DNA of 62,798 nucleotides, counting the filler, from Choristocarpus tenellus KU-1152 (taxonomy: Eukaryota > Protista > Phaeophyceae), in assembly GCA_964200185.2 (NCBI GenBank). It is 8 parts of 8 records of this genome, joined end to end, with 100 filler letters (N's around TTAATTAATTAA, not from the genome) between each part and the next. Parts side by side here need not be neighbours in the genome. Positions count along the whole stretch, not along the records: positions 12,030 to 16,640 come from CAXNAD020013800.1; positions 16,741 to 36,752 come from CAXNAD020000423.1; 6 more parts are not named here. One strand, given 5' to 3'. This document shows positions 13,208 through 27,700 of the stretch, in pieces. Position 1 is the stretch's first letter; every line of letters starts with the position of its first letter. Below the pieces are notes generated by a model. The model was not told the origin of the DNA. It made no database searches and saw only the letters and a program-made list of their open reading frames with translations. Position numbers and translations under genes: made by a program.

Positions 13208-16200
13208 CTACTCCTCCTCAGGCCTATACTTACTCAGGTCATCATCCTCTCCAAAGTCGTCTGGCACCTCATCCTGTTTGTCAAGATAATCCTTGTCAAA
13301 GTGGTGCAGTCGAACATACCTGGGAGAGCAAAGGGAAAGGGGACCAAACAGAGAGCATTTGCGGCAGGAGCATGATGAGGTGGGTGCTGAGATTGTGATG
13401 GCCTTACTCTCATGTCTGGAATGATGTAGAGGGACCTTCTCGTAAGGTTTCTTCCCTCAACTGACCAACACAAGATGGTCGGTAGAACAACTGCAGAGCA
13501 AAGCATCTCCAGGACAAAGCGCAAACTTTGTAATCGTTGAGATTATCAGTAGGCACTATCGTATGCAACCAGAGGAGATTTAACTGCGGTGAAGTCAGGA
13601 TTGGTGGACAAGCAGTTGCACAAGGTGATACAGTTAATAATACTTACTGGGTAGAGGACACTGTGAGGCCTACCCTATATTTCACACACGTTCAAGTCTT
13701 ATCCACATTAAAAAATAGAGCCATCTTGTGGGTGCACTGACTGAAAGATATGACAAACAAAACTTCTAGTCCAACAAGAAGGAAGGGGTGACATGGGTGC
13801 AGCATTCCTTTGACTCAATGACAAACAAAAGATACAGACACAATGGTCCTCTACTACCAACAGTCTGTTTCAAGCCCCAAGAAGTGCACCTGAGCTGGAA
13901 CCACAACAGTAAGGTGGAATAACCCTCTGTTGCCAAGAAAGCAATGTGTACGGGGTCATGAGATGAGGTAAGTTGAAGTTGAACAACGACTAGTTCCATC
14001 AGAAATTGCAAACCATAGAGACAGGGAATATGATGGTATGTTTTCAACAAACCTCTGTGTCAAAATTTGGTGTCAACTGATTGGTTTGAGGTTGGGGGTT
14101 TTGCAGCGTTGAACCTTCCATCCATCCAATTGAAACTGTTGCACATCCCTAACCATCGCACTACAGCCTTCAGTCTATATCCGACTCAACAAGGTGTCCA
14201 AAGTAGGAACGCAGACACTTCAACACTTTACGGTATGCCATCAAAATTTGATCCAAAATACTATCTCAAGTAGCTTGGTACCCACAGAGTAAACAGTGCA
14301 GCATGTGTGTGCCTATGTGTGTGGTTTGTGTTACAAAGGTTGAAAGGGGGGACAGGGACTCCTTCTCACCCATCTTCTGCCCCTGAAGCATAGCTGCGTC
14401 CATTGGGGTTGACTGACAGAGCGTTTATCGGCCCAAAATGCCCTTTCACTCTACCAAATTCTGTTTCATATATCATATGGAAGAATCGAGTCTCAAACTT
14501 GCCCACATTTGATGAGGTTGTCGTCACTGTCATTGCATCCTGCCCCCCCCCCCAGGAGAACATGTTCCTGAAAATAGAACCAAAGCAAAGGAGACATACA
14601 GCACACAAACAAAACATGCAAGTGCGACGGCACAGAGAGGCAATTGCAGGGGCATGTCTGGCCTTGGGTACTCAAGCTATGCATGTTCTGCTTCACACAT
14701 ATTCGATCAGGTAAATACTTATTCCCTACACTTACAAACTAGTACCCAATTTTCAATACTGATGTAAGCTTTTGAGCTTGGACCCAAAGTATCTTAGAGG
14801 GTAGAGCTGTGTCTGTTTGGGGGTCAAAATCCAATGATGCGATTTCGATTTAATATTGGCTACCGTGTTTGTTAGGAAGCATCATTATCCTTGTTCCGGA
14901 CACACCTTTTCATAACGTATACATTTTAACTACTCCGAAATATTTTGGAGTAGGAAAATGTCATAAAACCCCCGAGGGAAGCCAAGCCCCAAATGGACAA
15001 ACATTTCAAAACTCATACCCTCTTAGATACTTTCACTGTTGAACATTTCGAAACAACTACGCGTGTGGTGCCGACTCTCTACCTACAGACCCTTGCCCAA
15101 ATGGTCCCAGAAAAAAAGTCTCGCTCTCTACCGGACTAAAAGCCTTCAACCCAGATCTTGATCATGCCAGATTTCTAACTGAAAACGGGGTACTTTCTTT
15201 GAGAAAAGATCAACCCCACCATATAGCTCAGAAATTCACACAAGTCTGTATATACTAACAGAAAAAAAGAATAATTAAGGCCTTTTGCTAGGTGTGCCTG
15301 GAGAGTGAGAGGAGGGATAAGAAGAATAAAGAACGAAAAAGTAGAAAACACTGCAAGATGCTAAGCGTACTTTCTAGAAGCAACACATGTACATAAATTA
15401 TGTCACGTCATGAATAGAAAATTTTGGTGCAAACAAACAAAATCGGCCAGTAAATAACCCTGTACGCCATTAATTCAGAATACATAATATGCATTCATGT
15501 ACACTTCATAGTATGTAGTGCACCAGATGATACTCTTGTCTTCTCACTTTTGTTGGGTGCATGACTGCCGCATTCACCGGTCGATCAGTCTTGAATGTCT
15601 TCAACACCTGCGCAGGCGTAACACCCCCCCCGCAAAACAAAGGACAGTCAGTCAAAACAAGATGAACAGGCTAGCACTAGCACTAACCCTAACCCTGAAT
15701 CACTAATGTAGAAAAAAAAGCACAAACACACTACGCTCACACACCACAAGATTCATACTTACTCAAAACATACTCCCCACACAATATTAACAGCAGCACA
15801 CACTTCTGACTCTCTTCACTATGTTACATGTTGGGCATATGAACACAGTGGTGTTCTCCAAATAGTCCCCTTCCCCTTCACAAAAAGGTATCAAGCAGAT
15901 AGGGTTTAGTAGTTGGTGGACAGTATGAATACAAAAGAATCCTGTGATGGTATAGCGCCTTCAAGATATACCTTGCACTGCCATACTGACCCCACACAAT
16001 TTAAAAAAGCTGCAGTCTCTGAAAAACTGTCAAAATCTCAGCAGCCTGTGCTAAAATTTGCCACATTTACTTTTTTAATGCAGAAACTAGAAAATCAGAA
16101 GAAGAAATGATGGTGAAGGTAAGGCAAGGGGGATGCACTTAGCCAACATGGAGAAGCCTTACTTCACCTACTCCAGGAATAATTTGTCTGTTGACTTATT

Positions 16201-16571
16201 GCGTGACTTCATTTTCCAAACTAGAGACATACGCAATCGAAAACTAGAGACATAACTTTCATTTCTTACTCAGAAACATACGGTCATGGAATGCCACAAC
16301 CATTCTACACACTTATCACTCTTACAGGCAACTGGGTTCAACTACAATCACACAGGGTGCAAGGAGGGGAGAGGTAGGGAACCAAAAAAATGCAACAGCA
16401 GCAGGCAGCAGCAGCAGCAGCACTTTTCTTATACAAGCATTTGTTTGTGTGCCAAATCCATACCTCGAGGGTATCAGCATCTAGCAGCTTGGCCGTGTAA
16501 TCCTTAGAGCATGTCATGAGGAGAGTGTGATCTTTGTTGAGATGCATTCGGTTCAGGTCTTTGGCATGTAC
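13208..16571 (-). CDS. EIF3I: Eukaryotic translation initiation factor 3 subunit I (WD40), last four exons
   Basis: Exons 16464-16571 ([26 protein letters not shown]), 15548-15607 ([20 protein letters not shown]), 14370-14567 ([54 protein letters not shown]) and 13208-13319 ([14 protein letters not shown]). All introns GT-AG and phase-compatible. One extra base in the homopolymer at 14543-14553. Confidence 0.95.
14781..15038. mobile_element. MITE family A (258 bp) in an eIF3i intron
   Basis: TIRs GACCCAAAGTATCTTAGAGGGTA ... TACCCTCTTAGATACTTTCACTG. TSD TTG/TTG. Confidence 0.9.
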
Positions 16572-16640
16572 CTGCAAGACAACCCCCCACCCCCCCCCCC
16601 CCCCGCCCCCGGGACCCCCCGCCCACCCCCCACCCAACAC

Positions 16641-16740
16641 NNNNNNNNNNNNNNNNNNNNNNNNNNNNNNNNNNNNNNNNNNNNTTAATTAATTAANNNN
16701 NNNNNNNNNNNNNNNNNNNNNNNNNNNNNNNNNNNNNNNN
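16641..16740. other. Artificial contig linker
   Basis: N44-TTAATTAATTAA-N44. Confidence 0.98.
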
Positions 16741-16816
16741 TGTTGGTTTTGTTGTCCTCCTGGGGTGTGTCTGTTTTCGCTTTTGCCGCTGTTGGAGTAA
16801 AGGGTCCCCCCGGGTT

Positions 16817-16847
16817 TCCCCCCCCCCCCCCCCCGAATACTTTGGGT
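16817..16847. mobile_element. Terminus of MITE family C near contig start
   Basis: Poly-C + GAATACTTTGGGTC. Confidence 0.55.
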
Positions 16848-18736
16848 CAGTAGCAACTATCATCGTCACAATCCTACAGTAGTGAATTACCAGTCAAATA
16901 ACGTACGTTACTGCCAAAGTCATTACCATGATGAGCACTGCTTTGCTCAAATATTCAATAAAGCGGTCATCTTCCGTACCACTATTTTTCACACATTATG
17001 TTGCTACTTGAAAGCAGAAGAAAGAATTGACACAAAAAAACTCGCCCATTGCACTCACTCATTATGTCCCTTGTAAGGCGAACACTGAGTCCATTTGCTC
17101 CATAATGGTATATATTGATACACTCCAGTCCAAAACACACATATTTCACATCTCACAATACTGAAAAAATATAGTATACATAAAATGTTATATTTGTAAC
17201 ATTTAGCGAAAGATAGACAATATTATAATCAGTATGAGGTGATGGAAATCAAATGGGATACAAGGTGTGCACATGACAGCAATTTCGAGTAAGTGAATGT
17301 AAAAACCTTTCAGGTGGGCAGCAGCCCAGCACTGTCAAGACTGCAGAGTAAGGAGGAAAAAAAAACACTATCATGACACGGATTTCTACTAAATGAAATG
17401 TCTTCATTACAACCTGTCTGTTCTTTGAATAATATGGGCACAATTCATATACTCCGACTGGCTTTCTGGAAAATGCCACCTACGTACATCTTTGCCTTTG
17501 CTTGTCAACGTATCGTCTGCATTGGATTCTCTATAAAGTGTGTGTTCCTATCTATGATCTTACGGTAAACAATCATCTGTGCGTTGCTTCTTGCTGGCAG
17601 CTGCATTGTGCTCAACCCCACAGTAACAAATGTGTCAACTTGCAAGAGCTAAAGAGATCTTCAGCAAAACAGTCTCTATGCAGACAGAAAGCCATTCGTG
17701 GTATTCATTCTCCCCTTCATGCCAATCAAGCCCCAACATTGCTATATTTGCATGCACACCCTGTTACAAAAGATAAACTATGCGAATATTGAGTCAACAG
17801 ACCCAACCAGGGAAATTGTGCCTTTCACTTGGCCACTTCCAGTCCCAAAATTCTCCTTAGCAAAAATTTCCAAACTAGCAGTCAGATACAAAACCCCCTC
17901 GTTGCAAACCAATCCTTGAAACGGCTAACAGGCAATCCAGTCCCTTAGCAACTAGTATTCCCGAGTGAGCGATTGGAACTTTCCAGAGGAAAATAACTGT
18001 AACATCAATTGTGCAAGACATCTGCGGCTGCATGAGGGCATTGTGGGAAGCATATTGGGGAATTTGGGGGTGGGGGGTGGAGCGAAAAAAGGGGAGGAGA
18101 GGTGCAGACGCAGTACTCACATAACCAGATGTAGAATGTCTGTAAGAGGGACACGAAGAGAGGACTCACAAGCATTCAGTGCCCCATTTCAGCCCCTACC
18201 TCTCAACAAGACATACTACAGAACAATCCCAAACTTGAACTATTGCATCCTGATTAAAACCCCTGCTATGGACATGGAGATAAGGGAGGGTGCCACAGAT
18301 TACAGGAAAGTCTTGTGATGACGGAAAGTATAGCAACCCTGTGCCTGACTGGGTTTCTTCCCTCTTGATGATTGGTAACCTCCCACCAAAATACATGGTT
18401 GCAGCAGGAGTGTTGTCACTGGTCTAACCTCATGAACCACTTCAGGAAATAATCAGTAGATGGAGATGTCAAGGTGGTAGGATAGGAGGGGAAACAGGGA
18501 GAGTGGGTAGACAGAGTTGAATGGGACAAACGAAACCTCAGACACTTGTGAGCTGAGATGAGACCTTCCATACAAAATACTAAACTCCAAATCATCTGTA
18601 GTATTCGCCGCATGCAGGCAGCACAATAAGAGCGTCTCAGAAGTCCCCATTTACCATCTCTTCACAGCAATGCATGCTGTGGCAACATCAAGGCTGCTTC
18701 CATGAATAGTATCTCCACCTTGCCAGAGGTAGATCT

Positions 18737-21700
18737 TTACTTGGCCCCTTCTTTCCCTTTATCGTTGCTAATCTTTCCATGAGGGTCAAACACAAATCCC
18801 TTGCCCCCTGCCCCAAATGAGTTCCGGCGTGCCAAACGCTGATGCCAGTCCTGCATGTAAGCGTTAGTGAGCAAACAAGTGGTTGATTGCATAAACAGCA
18901 CAGAAAGATCGTAACCTTCCCCCATGCAACATCACACTTGCTTTTGATAGCAGGTCAACCCTGAAGAGGGGTCAGGTAGGCAAAGAGTATCATAGTCTCA
19001 TAATCAAGCATTTCAACAAGCCGAAGACAGTGCTATCACAGCATAGAATACCAAACAATATATTCAACGCCTGCTGATATTAGGGCGATGTACTCCTTCC
19101 ATTGCGAAAAGGATGGTCAAGGCTGGCAATAGCACATTGGGTAAGGGCCCAACCTTTCCCTATTGTTGTCACCATTGTGTTGCAGTATGAAGGATTGGTT
19201 AACACAATATGATGGAGTATTGGGTCAATTGTAGCAAGTGGGTTGGAACATCGCTTACTTGGCACCAGGAGCACCCCACACTGTTCATAGTGTACACCAG
19301 ACAACAAAGAGTTCATAGTTGAGACAGAAAGTAAGGACACTCACACCCAAAAGTAGAAAAAGCACACACAGTACTGCATGCAACACTATCAACAAACAAA
19401 CCCAAGCTATTCACCAACAAGCACAAGCTACACGTACACAAAACGAAAAAGTAAGGCCACCTTATCCTGACCCTGTGATCCAGTGTTCTGCCTCACTATT
19501 TCCTCACCTCCACCCAGCTGGCATTCTTGCTCCCTTCTGACTGACCCCTTTGTCCTTCATAGATGCCTTGAAGGGCTCCCGATTGCAGGCCCTTACCAAC
19601 AATGAGGGACACATTGCAGTTTGAGTAGGCCACCAAGACCAACATAGTATCATTAACACAAGCAATAAAGCAGCAGACGATAGAGAGCAGTAGTTGGGAT
19701 GAAGAGGGGTGAAACCACTAGGGGACCGCAAAGGCACAAATAACCTAGTGTACAAATAGTTCCGACTGGCCTTTCACCCAAAACGAGTTACTTCCTGAAC
19801 AAATTATACAAGAAAAAGCATACCTTACGGCCCTCTCACATCTTCAGCCTCCAAAGCACAAAGTGTACCGAGGATGCTCTTAATTTTCATGGGTACATGT
19901 GACAGTGTACATGCGACAGTGCTTCAGGGGCAACGAACATATTGATGAGGAGCACAAAGAGCACAACCTTAGAACACAAGGAGCATACCGTTACACCGTT
20001 AGAACAGCGAAAAAAAACAAGCAAAAAAATCGAATGGTTTGATCTTACCAACAACACCCCCCCTCGCCCCCACTCAAACCACCAAGCAAAACACCACCTT
20101 ACTCACCCCTACAGACGTCATTGCTGACAAGAGTCCTGCTGCAGCCTCAGCTGAATTTACTGCAGCGTTGGAGTGTGTGTCACTATACCCCCGCCTCATG
20201 AACGGAGTAGGAACTGATCCAGCACTTCTTGCACGTATGAGAGACTCTTTCATCCCTTCATTAATTGCTGAGAAAGCTCCTGTGTCTTCTCCAGTTGAAA
20301 CTGCTCGGGGGCATGCCACAGCCTCTACGTATGGTGGTAGTATCTCTTCTCCTGTTGAGAGACCAAATTCTTGTCCAACATTCGAAGCTGCCCCGGTGCT
20401 GGTCTGTCTCCCTGGGATGCCCTCAACCATGGCTCTGTATAGGTTGAGTTCCTGAAGTTGATGAGGGGTAGGTCAAACAAGTCTGGGCAGGCTGGCAAAT
20501 GCATTGTACCTATTGGCTCACAAGAGGTACAAACCATGCATCTTACTTGATTGCCATTGGCAATTCCTCCACCAATGCCCATTGGGCTGAAGGGGGTGGG
20601 GACTTACCATACACGGAGATATAGAAAAAAACACTAAAAAACAGGTAGCTCGCGGATGCAAGGTGTGATGCAGGTTATGACTGGGACTTCACTGTATGTG
20701 ACTGAACCACAGAAGTACTAGTACTCATTTTACCGTGTAAAAGATAGGTTAGCCTTCCTCTTGGCAGTTAGCCGATTAGCCTCAACTGGAAATCACGTGC
20801 CAGGGCAGTCCTGTGTTAACTACTTGGTTGAAGTTCCCCTTCAGGGTGCTAAGTTTCCTTGTGATCAGTCCCATTTTAGTATTTTTCGCAAGATCAACCC
20901 TAACCCTAATAACAACATTGTAACAATGTTATCCTTCATTCTTTTTGAATTATTGTAGTATGAGGACTTTCTCCCCCGAAGGACTATTAAAATATTAAGA
21001 TTACAATTTTAATTCATTTGATTGAGAATAATAGAATTATCTTTATCCGATTCTCGTTTCGCGGAACAAATACCTCAGAGCCTTAACCCTCATCGACACT
21101 GTCCTGTTTCCAGGGTAAGCAATACTGTCAACTTGTTTCGTCCCTTGGCATGTGCTCGCGTTTTCTGCCTGGTCACAAGAACCAATACCCAGACCATCCG
21201 GTTTCTGAGGACACAACTCTGGGTGAAATTGTTGCTAGGGGACACCTTGACAGTGCTCGCAAGTTGTGTAACTCATACATTATCTACCATCTACCATCTA
21301 CCAGGTTGCACTCACGATTTGACAACACATGGAAGGAATTGACACAAGACCCTAACCCTAACCCTACACATATTTTGGAAGTAGAGTATTATACACATGG
21401 TGCCAGTATATCTTGTAGCATGTACCCCAGATAACATACATGCACATGCGACCCCCCAGATCATATCATTGCCCATATATGACACCATTTCCTAACCCTA
21501 AACCTAACTCTATCCACAATCATCAACATCAAGGAGGTCCTCTTCATGCAATACCAATCCCTTGCCAACACTCTTATCCACTTCCAGTTATCAACATTGC
21601 CTAGGGTGGTCACACACCGTCTCCAGCTGGTTGATTCTTGTGCGAGCCTCTGCCAAAGCCCTGTTTTCCTCCACCAGCTTAGCGTTTTCCTTCCTCAGCA

Positions 21701-24700
21701 GAGCCATCTCCTTTGTCTGAGTGGGGAGTGGGGAAGAGAACGGGTCGTGGGATATATATATTCACTATGAATCTTTGCAGTGGAAGGTAGGCAATCTTCC
21801 CACTCATCAACACATTCTTCTTCATGTACTTGAGACACACTACCAAGTACAAAAATAAGAAACCACTGGTCATATTTCAATTCCAAAGATTGACAACTTA
21901 CCGTCTTCACCCCCCCCCCTCACCAAGATAGACAACATCCTCAAACATTCACCAAAAAATTACATATCGCTTGACACAAGTATTCAACATTGCAATCTAA
22001 TACATGAGGACCACAGAAGGGGTGAGGCAGAGGGGCACTTCCTTCAACATGCCTACGCACAAATAATCTTCTACTCCTTCTAGACAGACAAGCAAGCACA
22101 ACAATGTTTTTTTCTTACCCAAGTCCCCTTTGCACTTTCCGTTCCCAACAGCACACCATGAATTCAAGCATATTCATCAGTGCTTTGTTCCACTCTTCTC
22201 TATTTTCTACCATCTCTTAACATCAAACTCATGCCTTCAGTACTGCCAACATTTTGCTATCTCTTAACATCAAACTCATGCCTTCAGTACAACCAACATT
22301 TTGCCAGTAGCCTACACTAAACAAACTAATTTCCAAATAGCAATAAGTCATCTCTCCCACTCCTTCCCCCAAATCATAAGTGACACAGGATGAACCAAGT
22401 AAACAGTCAAGTTAATTCTGGTGGCAGCTTCAAACAGCACTACCACACAAAAATATAAAAAATGGAGGCATTGAACTGATAGGAATGAGCAGCCGTGTTA
22501 CATGAATACAGTGTACACACTGCCATAACCCTAAGGGAATTAATTCAATGCAGGGATGAGTGAGGGAAAAATAATAACCCTAACCCTAACCTACAAATCA
22601 CGTGCACATAATAATAATAATAATAATACCCTCCCTTGCCACACCTGTTTCATCCTCTCAACCTGTGCAACATGCACCTGGAACATATTGAGATTCAGTG
22701 CCATCAGGAGGTGGGTGGGATTGGTGGGGGGAGTTAGAAAATGATTTTTCCTTCATTCATTATAAAAAAAATCATGGCATCCATAAAATAAGAATAAAGG
22801 TCTCTGTAGCAATGAATAAGTACAATAGTAGAATTCTCTATTGATTTTACTACACTACAATAGTGTCAGCTGTTGATTCCATTCTGAGTTGATAACGGTA
22901 CATACTTGTCTGAAGTGTTCAACAATAATAATATCAATAATAATAATAACTAATAACAATAAGAAAAACAATAATAACAATAACAAAGTGTTCTTTCTCA
23001 TCTTTCTTGTGATAACATACATTTTGAACTAAATTGTCCACTACAGATAATACCAACCTATTGGATTCATTGGGAGCACATGAAACAGTACCTGCACACA
23101 CACCAAAAGAAAAAAGTAATTAAAAAACAAACACCTTCAAGGGTTGATTTCTTTACAATGGTAGTCCCTCACATCAATATAAATATATTGTCCAAAGGTA
23201 ACACATGTGCAATCAACCAAACAAATCAAAGAGAAACAAAGTAGGAGGGTGCTATATCAGAGGTCTATGCTCTTTGTAGTGGCATTACATAACACTCCAG
23301 AGCACCTTACAAATGTGTGTTGAGAATATGACAAGGAAGCACTACCATAGGAAAAACACATAGGATATCCTTGATACTGTTAGGTCCTATACATACTGAC
23401 AGCATGACATCACAGATCTTCATCTACTATTGCAGCAAGACAACCCATTTCAAGAATTAAACAAAAATCAAGCATGGGGATTTAAAGATTGCACTATGTC
23501 TACTTTCCTCAACATGCTACAATTGGTGACAACAGGTCAAATTTGGGATACGATATCAAACATGGAACCAGTAAGAACCACAGCAAATTATCTGTGGTAA
23601 GGGGTACTGCTACTGGTTGCAACCCTGCTTCTCGAACAGCCAACCTGGTTGGGATATATACAACATTGAGCGTCTACAAAATAACAATAATATTGAATAG
23701 TAAATACTTCTAGTGTGCAATATAGGCTGGTAGTCTATATGGTTTATAGTGTAAAAGTGACTGACGTAGCTTAACTTGAACTTATAAGTGACTGGCGCAG
23801 TGTAACTGTCACAAACATACTTCAAACATATTTCTGACGTGTTTGATGACGAACGAATTAGATAACAAGGGAGAGCACCCCCCTACCTTGAGGATAGTGC
23901 TCACTCCGCTAATAAACAAATCCATACCACATAAAGCAAAATACTCTATCAGAGTAGCTCTCTTTTGCACATCTAGAGGGGTCAAATGTAGCCTATCATA
24001 CTTCCACAGTATATCATTAATGTTACTACATATTTGCATGGCAATGACACTAGATTGTTTAGTATTGTACTGTGTTTGGGCATTATTTTGATCTCTCTTG
24101 CCTGATTGAGTAGCGTCTGGTGGGCTCTTTCTCTAGAAGCAGTCACTTCAGCCTCCTTGAGCCTGACACAATGTTTAAAACCCCAAACATATTTGGCAGG
24201 CATCAGCAAAGGTTTCTTGACAACAACAACAAAGAGGATACTTCAACTTATTGCAGAGCACAAAGAACATGAATTGCACTGCACCAAGATACCAGGGACT
24301 CCACAATACATGTACTTTGCATCAACTGACAGTCAGGTCAGGGTTAGAATGAAGGCAGAAGGCTAAGGTCTAAAGATAGGTTTCGAGATGAGAGGTATTG
24401 AGAAAGAACCAATACATTGTATTAGCTCCAACAATGCCTCAGGTCTTGCCATAATTTCAAGAAGGAGATGTGGCAACCGTGACAGGAAATAATTGTCGCA
24501 CAATGACCGTTATTTTCAGGCACAGGTTGAAGGGAGGGCATGTTAAGGACACCAACTTTGGACGGATATTTTGGGTATTAGCTTCAGATTAGCACAAAGC
24601 ACAAAGGACTCGACACATCAAAGGAACCAGTTTGTGATTGAGGCATGATTATGGAGTGACTCTGTGACAAACCTGCTACTTCCAATCAACATGCACATCT

Positions 24701-27700
24701 CTCATGAGAGAGACAACTCTCTCGCAAGAATAATGGGGGTATGGGAAAGGTACATAGCCAGAAAGTAGTGGATGAGTTTGGAATTTACATAAGAGGTGCA
24801 GGCATGCCATGGTTGGGACAAGCCTCGGTGACTCCTACACCTAAACAAGGCACAGGAGGCATCATAGTAGCAACACCAGTACCACTGTTGCTCATTTGCA
24901 AAAGGTACATTTTGGCTTGGAGGAAGTTGGGGGAGTATGTGGAGCGGCATAGACGGCAAAGCTCACAATAGGGTCTCTTGCACCCGATGTTGCTGCTCCT
25001 CCTTTGCATGTTGGTGAGTCTCCCTGCAAAAGGAATGGAATAGGCCAAGAGCATAAGAAAAGCAGGTCAGCCTCAATAATATGGGCATCCAACAGTCTGA
25101 ATGGGTGAGTATAGAGTATCCTGTTCTGTCTACCCACTCCCTTTCCTCCCAGAACATGCACACAGATATGTACACAGATAGATATACAAAGGCAGGCTAG
25201 AGCTAGAGATACGTATTTCAAAGCAACATGGAAACCAAGCTAGATATCAGCCGTAACAGCTTCAAAAGCACAATTCCCATACAGTACTCTTAAGTGCTGT
25301 CCACGCCCTCAAAGTGGGGCAAGGGAGCGTAGATAGTCCTAATTCTGCATGCATGGTTGAATGCTCCTTGCAATAGATCTGGGCCCACAACAGGAGAGCT
25401 ATGTCTGACACATGGTGCACGGTGCCCTGGACACCTTCACGATGGCAAGCTCATTCTTTTGCTGGTTTCTCACAAGAGCAGAAAAATAATAGTTTTCCGA
25501 ATATAAAATCCACCTTGAGAGTAGGAATAAATTGCGATACCACTTCTGGACAAGACCTCAATCAGAAAATTCTCAAACTTTTACTTGAGAGGTCACCATT
25601 GGGCTCACAGGAGAGAGAGGTGAGTGTGAATACCATACACGCTACTGTTCAACAGCTAGTCCTTCTTATTGTTGTGATTTTGTTCAATTGAAGGGTTTAG
25701 GGTTAGGGCTAACAGTTCACTTCAAAAGGACAACAGTGCAGGCCGTCCACGTGCACACCAACACAAATGTTAAATTCTTGTGGCCTTGGCTAACCCCTAC
25801 TGCTCTGAGAGTCCATCCCACTATTCGCCACATTCAAATACTCCACCCAGTAAAATCAAGTAACCCTAACCCTAACCCTTCCAACGCAGAACAATCTGGG
25901 CTTTACATCTCAGAGCCCCTATCATAAAAGCAGAACAAAGGCCAAAGCAACTTCACTGCCCCCTGTCCCATTTGAGCTGTGCTTCACAGCGTATCAATTT
26001 ACCGTCAAAGTCTTGCTACATGACTGTGTTAGACACAAAATTAAACCTGGTTGGAGAGGAACTATTGAAGTATTGGGTGATGGGCTTGGGAGGAGGTGAG
26101 ACTCACGAGGCCTGCTTCAATCGCTCCTTCTGGGCACTCTGAACCTGTGCCTGTAGCCGGTGGTATTTTCTTTCGGCAGCATCAGCCTTCTCCCTAAGCA
26201 TTGTCATCTCTTCATCTCGATGCGCTGTCTCCTCCTCCCTTTCCCTGCAGGTAGTGCACAACAAAAAAGGCGTGTCATGGGAGAAGACAAGTGGGAGGCA
26301 TGCACTGCATTGAATCTCATGTACAAAATACCATACCTGTCTTGGACGGATCTAGGGTTAGGGCTACTAGGGCATGTGTTTATTGTGCAGATTGATAAGA
26401 GTCTGCTGCTGCAACTCTTGTTAACTGATGCTGAAGTTGAAGCTTTTCTACACTTTTTATCTGATCAGAGTTCGTCCTGTGGTCTCTCTTAAGCATCTCT
26501 AAATACAGGAGATGGGCATACGGTACAAGCTATAAATCAAATGTTGGTATGCAGCATGAGAGTAGTCACCTCGCTGACATGTATAGGTTTTTCCAGTACT
26601 TCAACTCTGGACAGAGGTGCACAGTTGAACCGGAAACATATTACGAGGAGCAGGTTTGTCATTGTATTCACATGCACACAACATACAAGCAGAAACTGCA
26701 ACTAACCCATCAAAAATGGAGAAGTGAGGGGGTAATAATAGCCCACGCAACATTCAGATATGCTGTTGCATGGGTCCAACCTTTGATGGAAGCTGGGTCT
26801 TAGAGACGAATTACACAACCCTAACCCTCACCCCAACATCAATGCCATGTCAACCCAGCAATGTGGGGTTGTATAATATTGGCCATGAAGGGCTACAATA
26901 TTTCCTTCTCCAAAGATAAACCACAAAAAAAAAAAATAGCCACGAGGAAAGGTTCGATTCTTGGACTGTCCCCAATTTGAGAGGGATAGGGGGTGGGCAC
27001 ATGCACAATAGGTCAAACCTTCTCATCTCCTTGAACTCCATTGAAACATCGTTCATGTGCTTAATTCGCTCTGCCTGGCTGTGCCGTATCTGCGATGCCA
27101 AAGATGATCGCTGCCTCTCAGCTGCTGCCAACTTTTCCTCAAGGATACCTACACTGGCCTCTGCTGTCTTTAGCCTTTGCCCAATTTCGTTCTCACTGGG
27201 GGCTGGACAAGCACTGCAGGATATTCAAAACGTCAGCACATGAAAGTAGAAGAAGTTACGTCATCAATTGAGCTGGGATGTACACACTGTGAGTCAACAG
27301 GATAGGTAGATAATAAAACAAAAATGGAGGGAACCAAAGCCACCACCATCGCTGGCTTTCTCAGCGTGGATACAATACAAATGAGAGGTCTGCCCCCATT
27401 AAATTAAGGCTAACCGGATGGCCAGAAACTGGAGTTTCTCAGCAGCTTTAACTCAACATAGCTCAATCTTCTCATGTCAAATATTTCTCTCATGACTGAT
27501 GTTGGGGGACTTTAACCAATAACTGAAGATCTGAACTTCGATGACACCACCTGTTCTGTGAGTTCTGACTCAATTTTCTCCTTGTGTTTGCAAGGGGGGA
27601 GTCAACAGCTTCCCAAGGGATGGGCACGGTCGAGAGTGTCTCCAGAACCTCATCAAGCAATTCAATAAACATGTTCAAGTCGGGGGATTGGTGTGCAAGT

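Noticed and set aside
17270-17540. Possible small minus-strand exons at the start of contig 4
   Set aside because: Splice-like sites exist, but I could not build a consistent frame or a recognisable product.
26945-26975. GGTTCGATTC T-loop/B-box-like motif as a tRNA or SINE
   Set aside because: No A box, acceptor stem or cloverleaf in the flanks.
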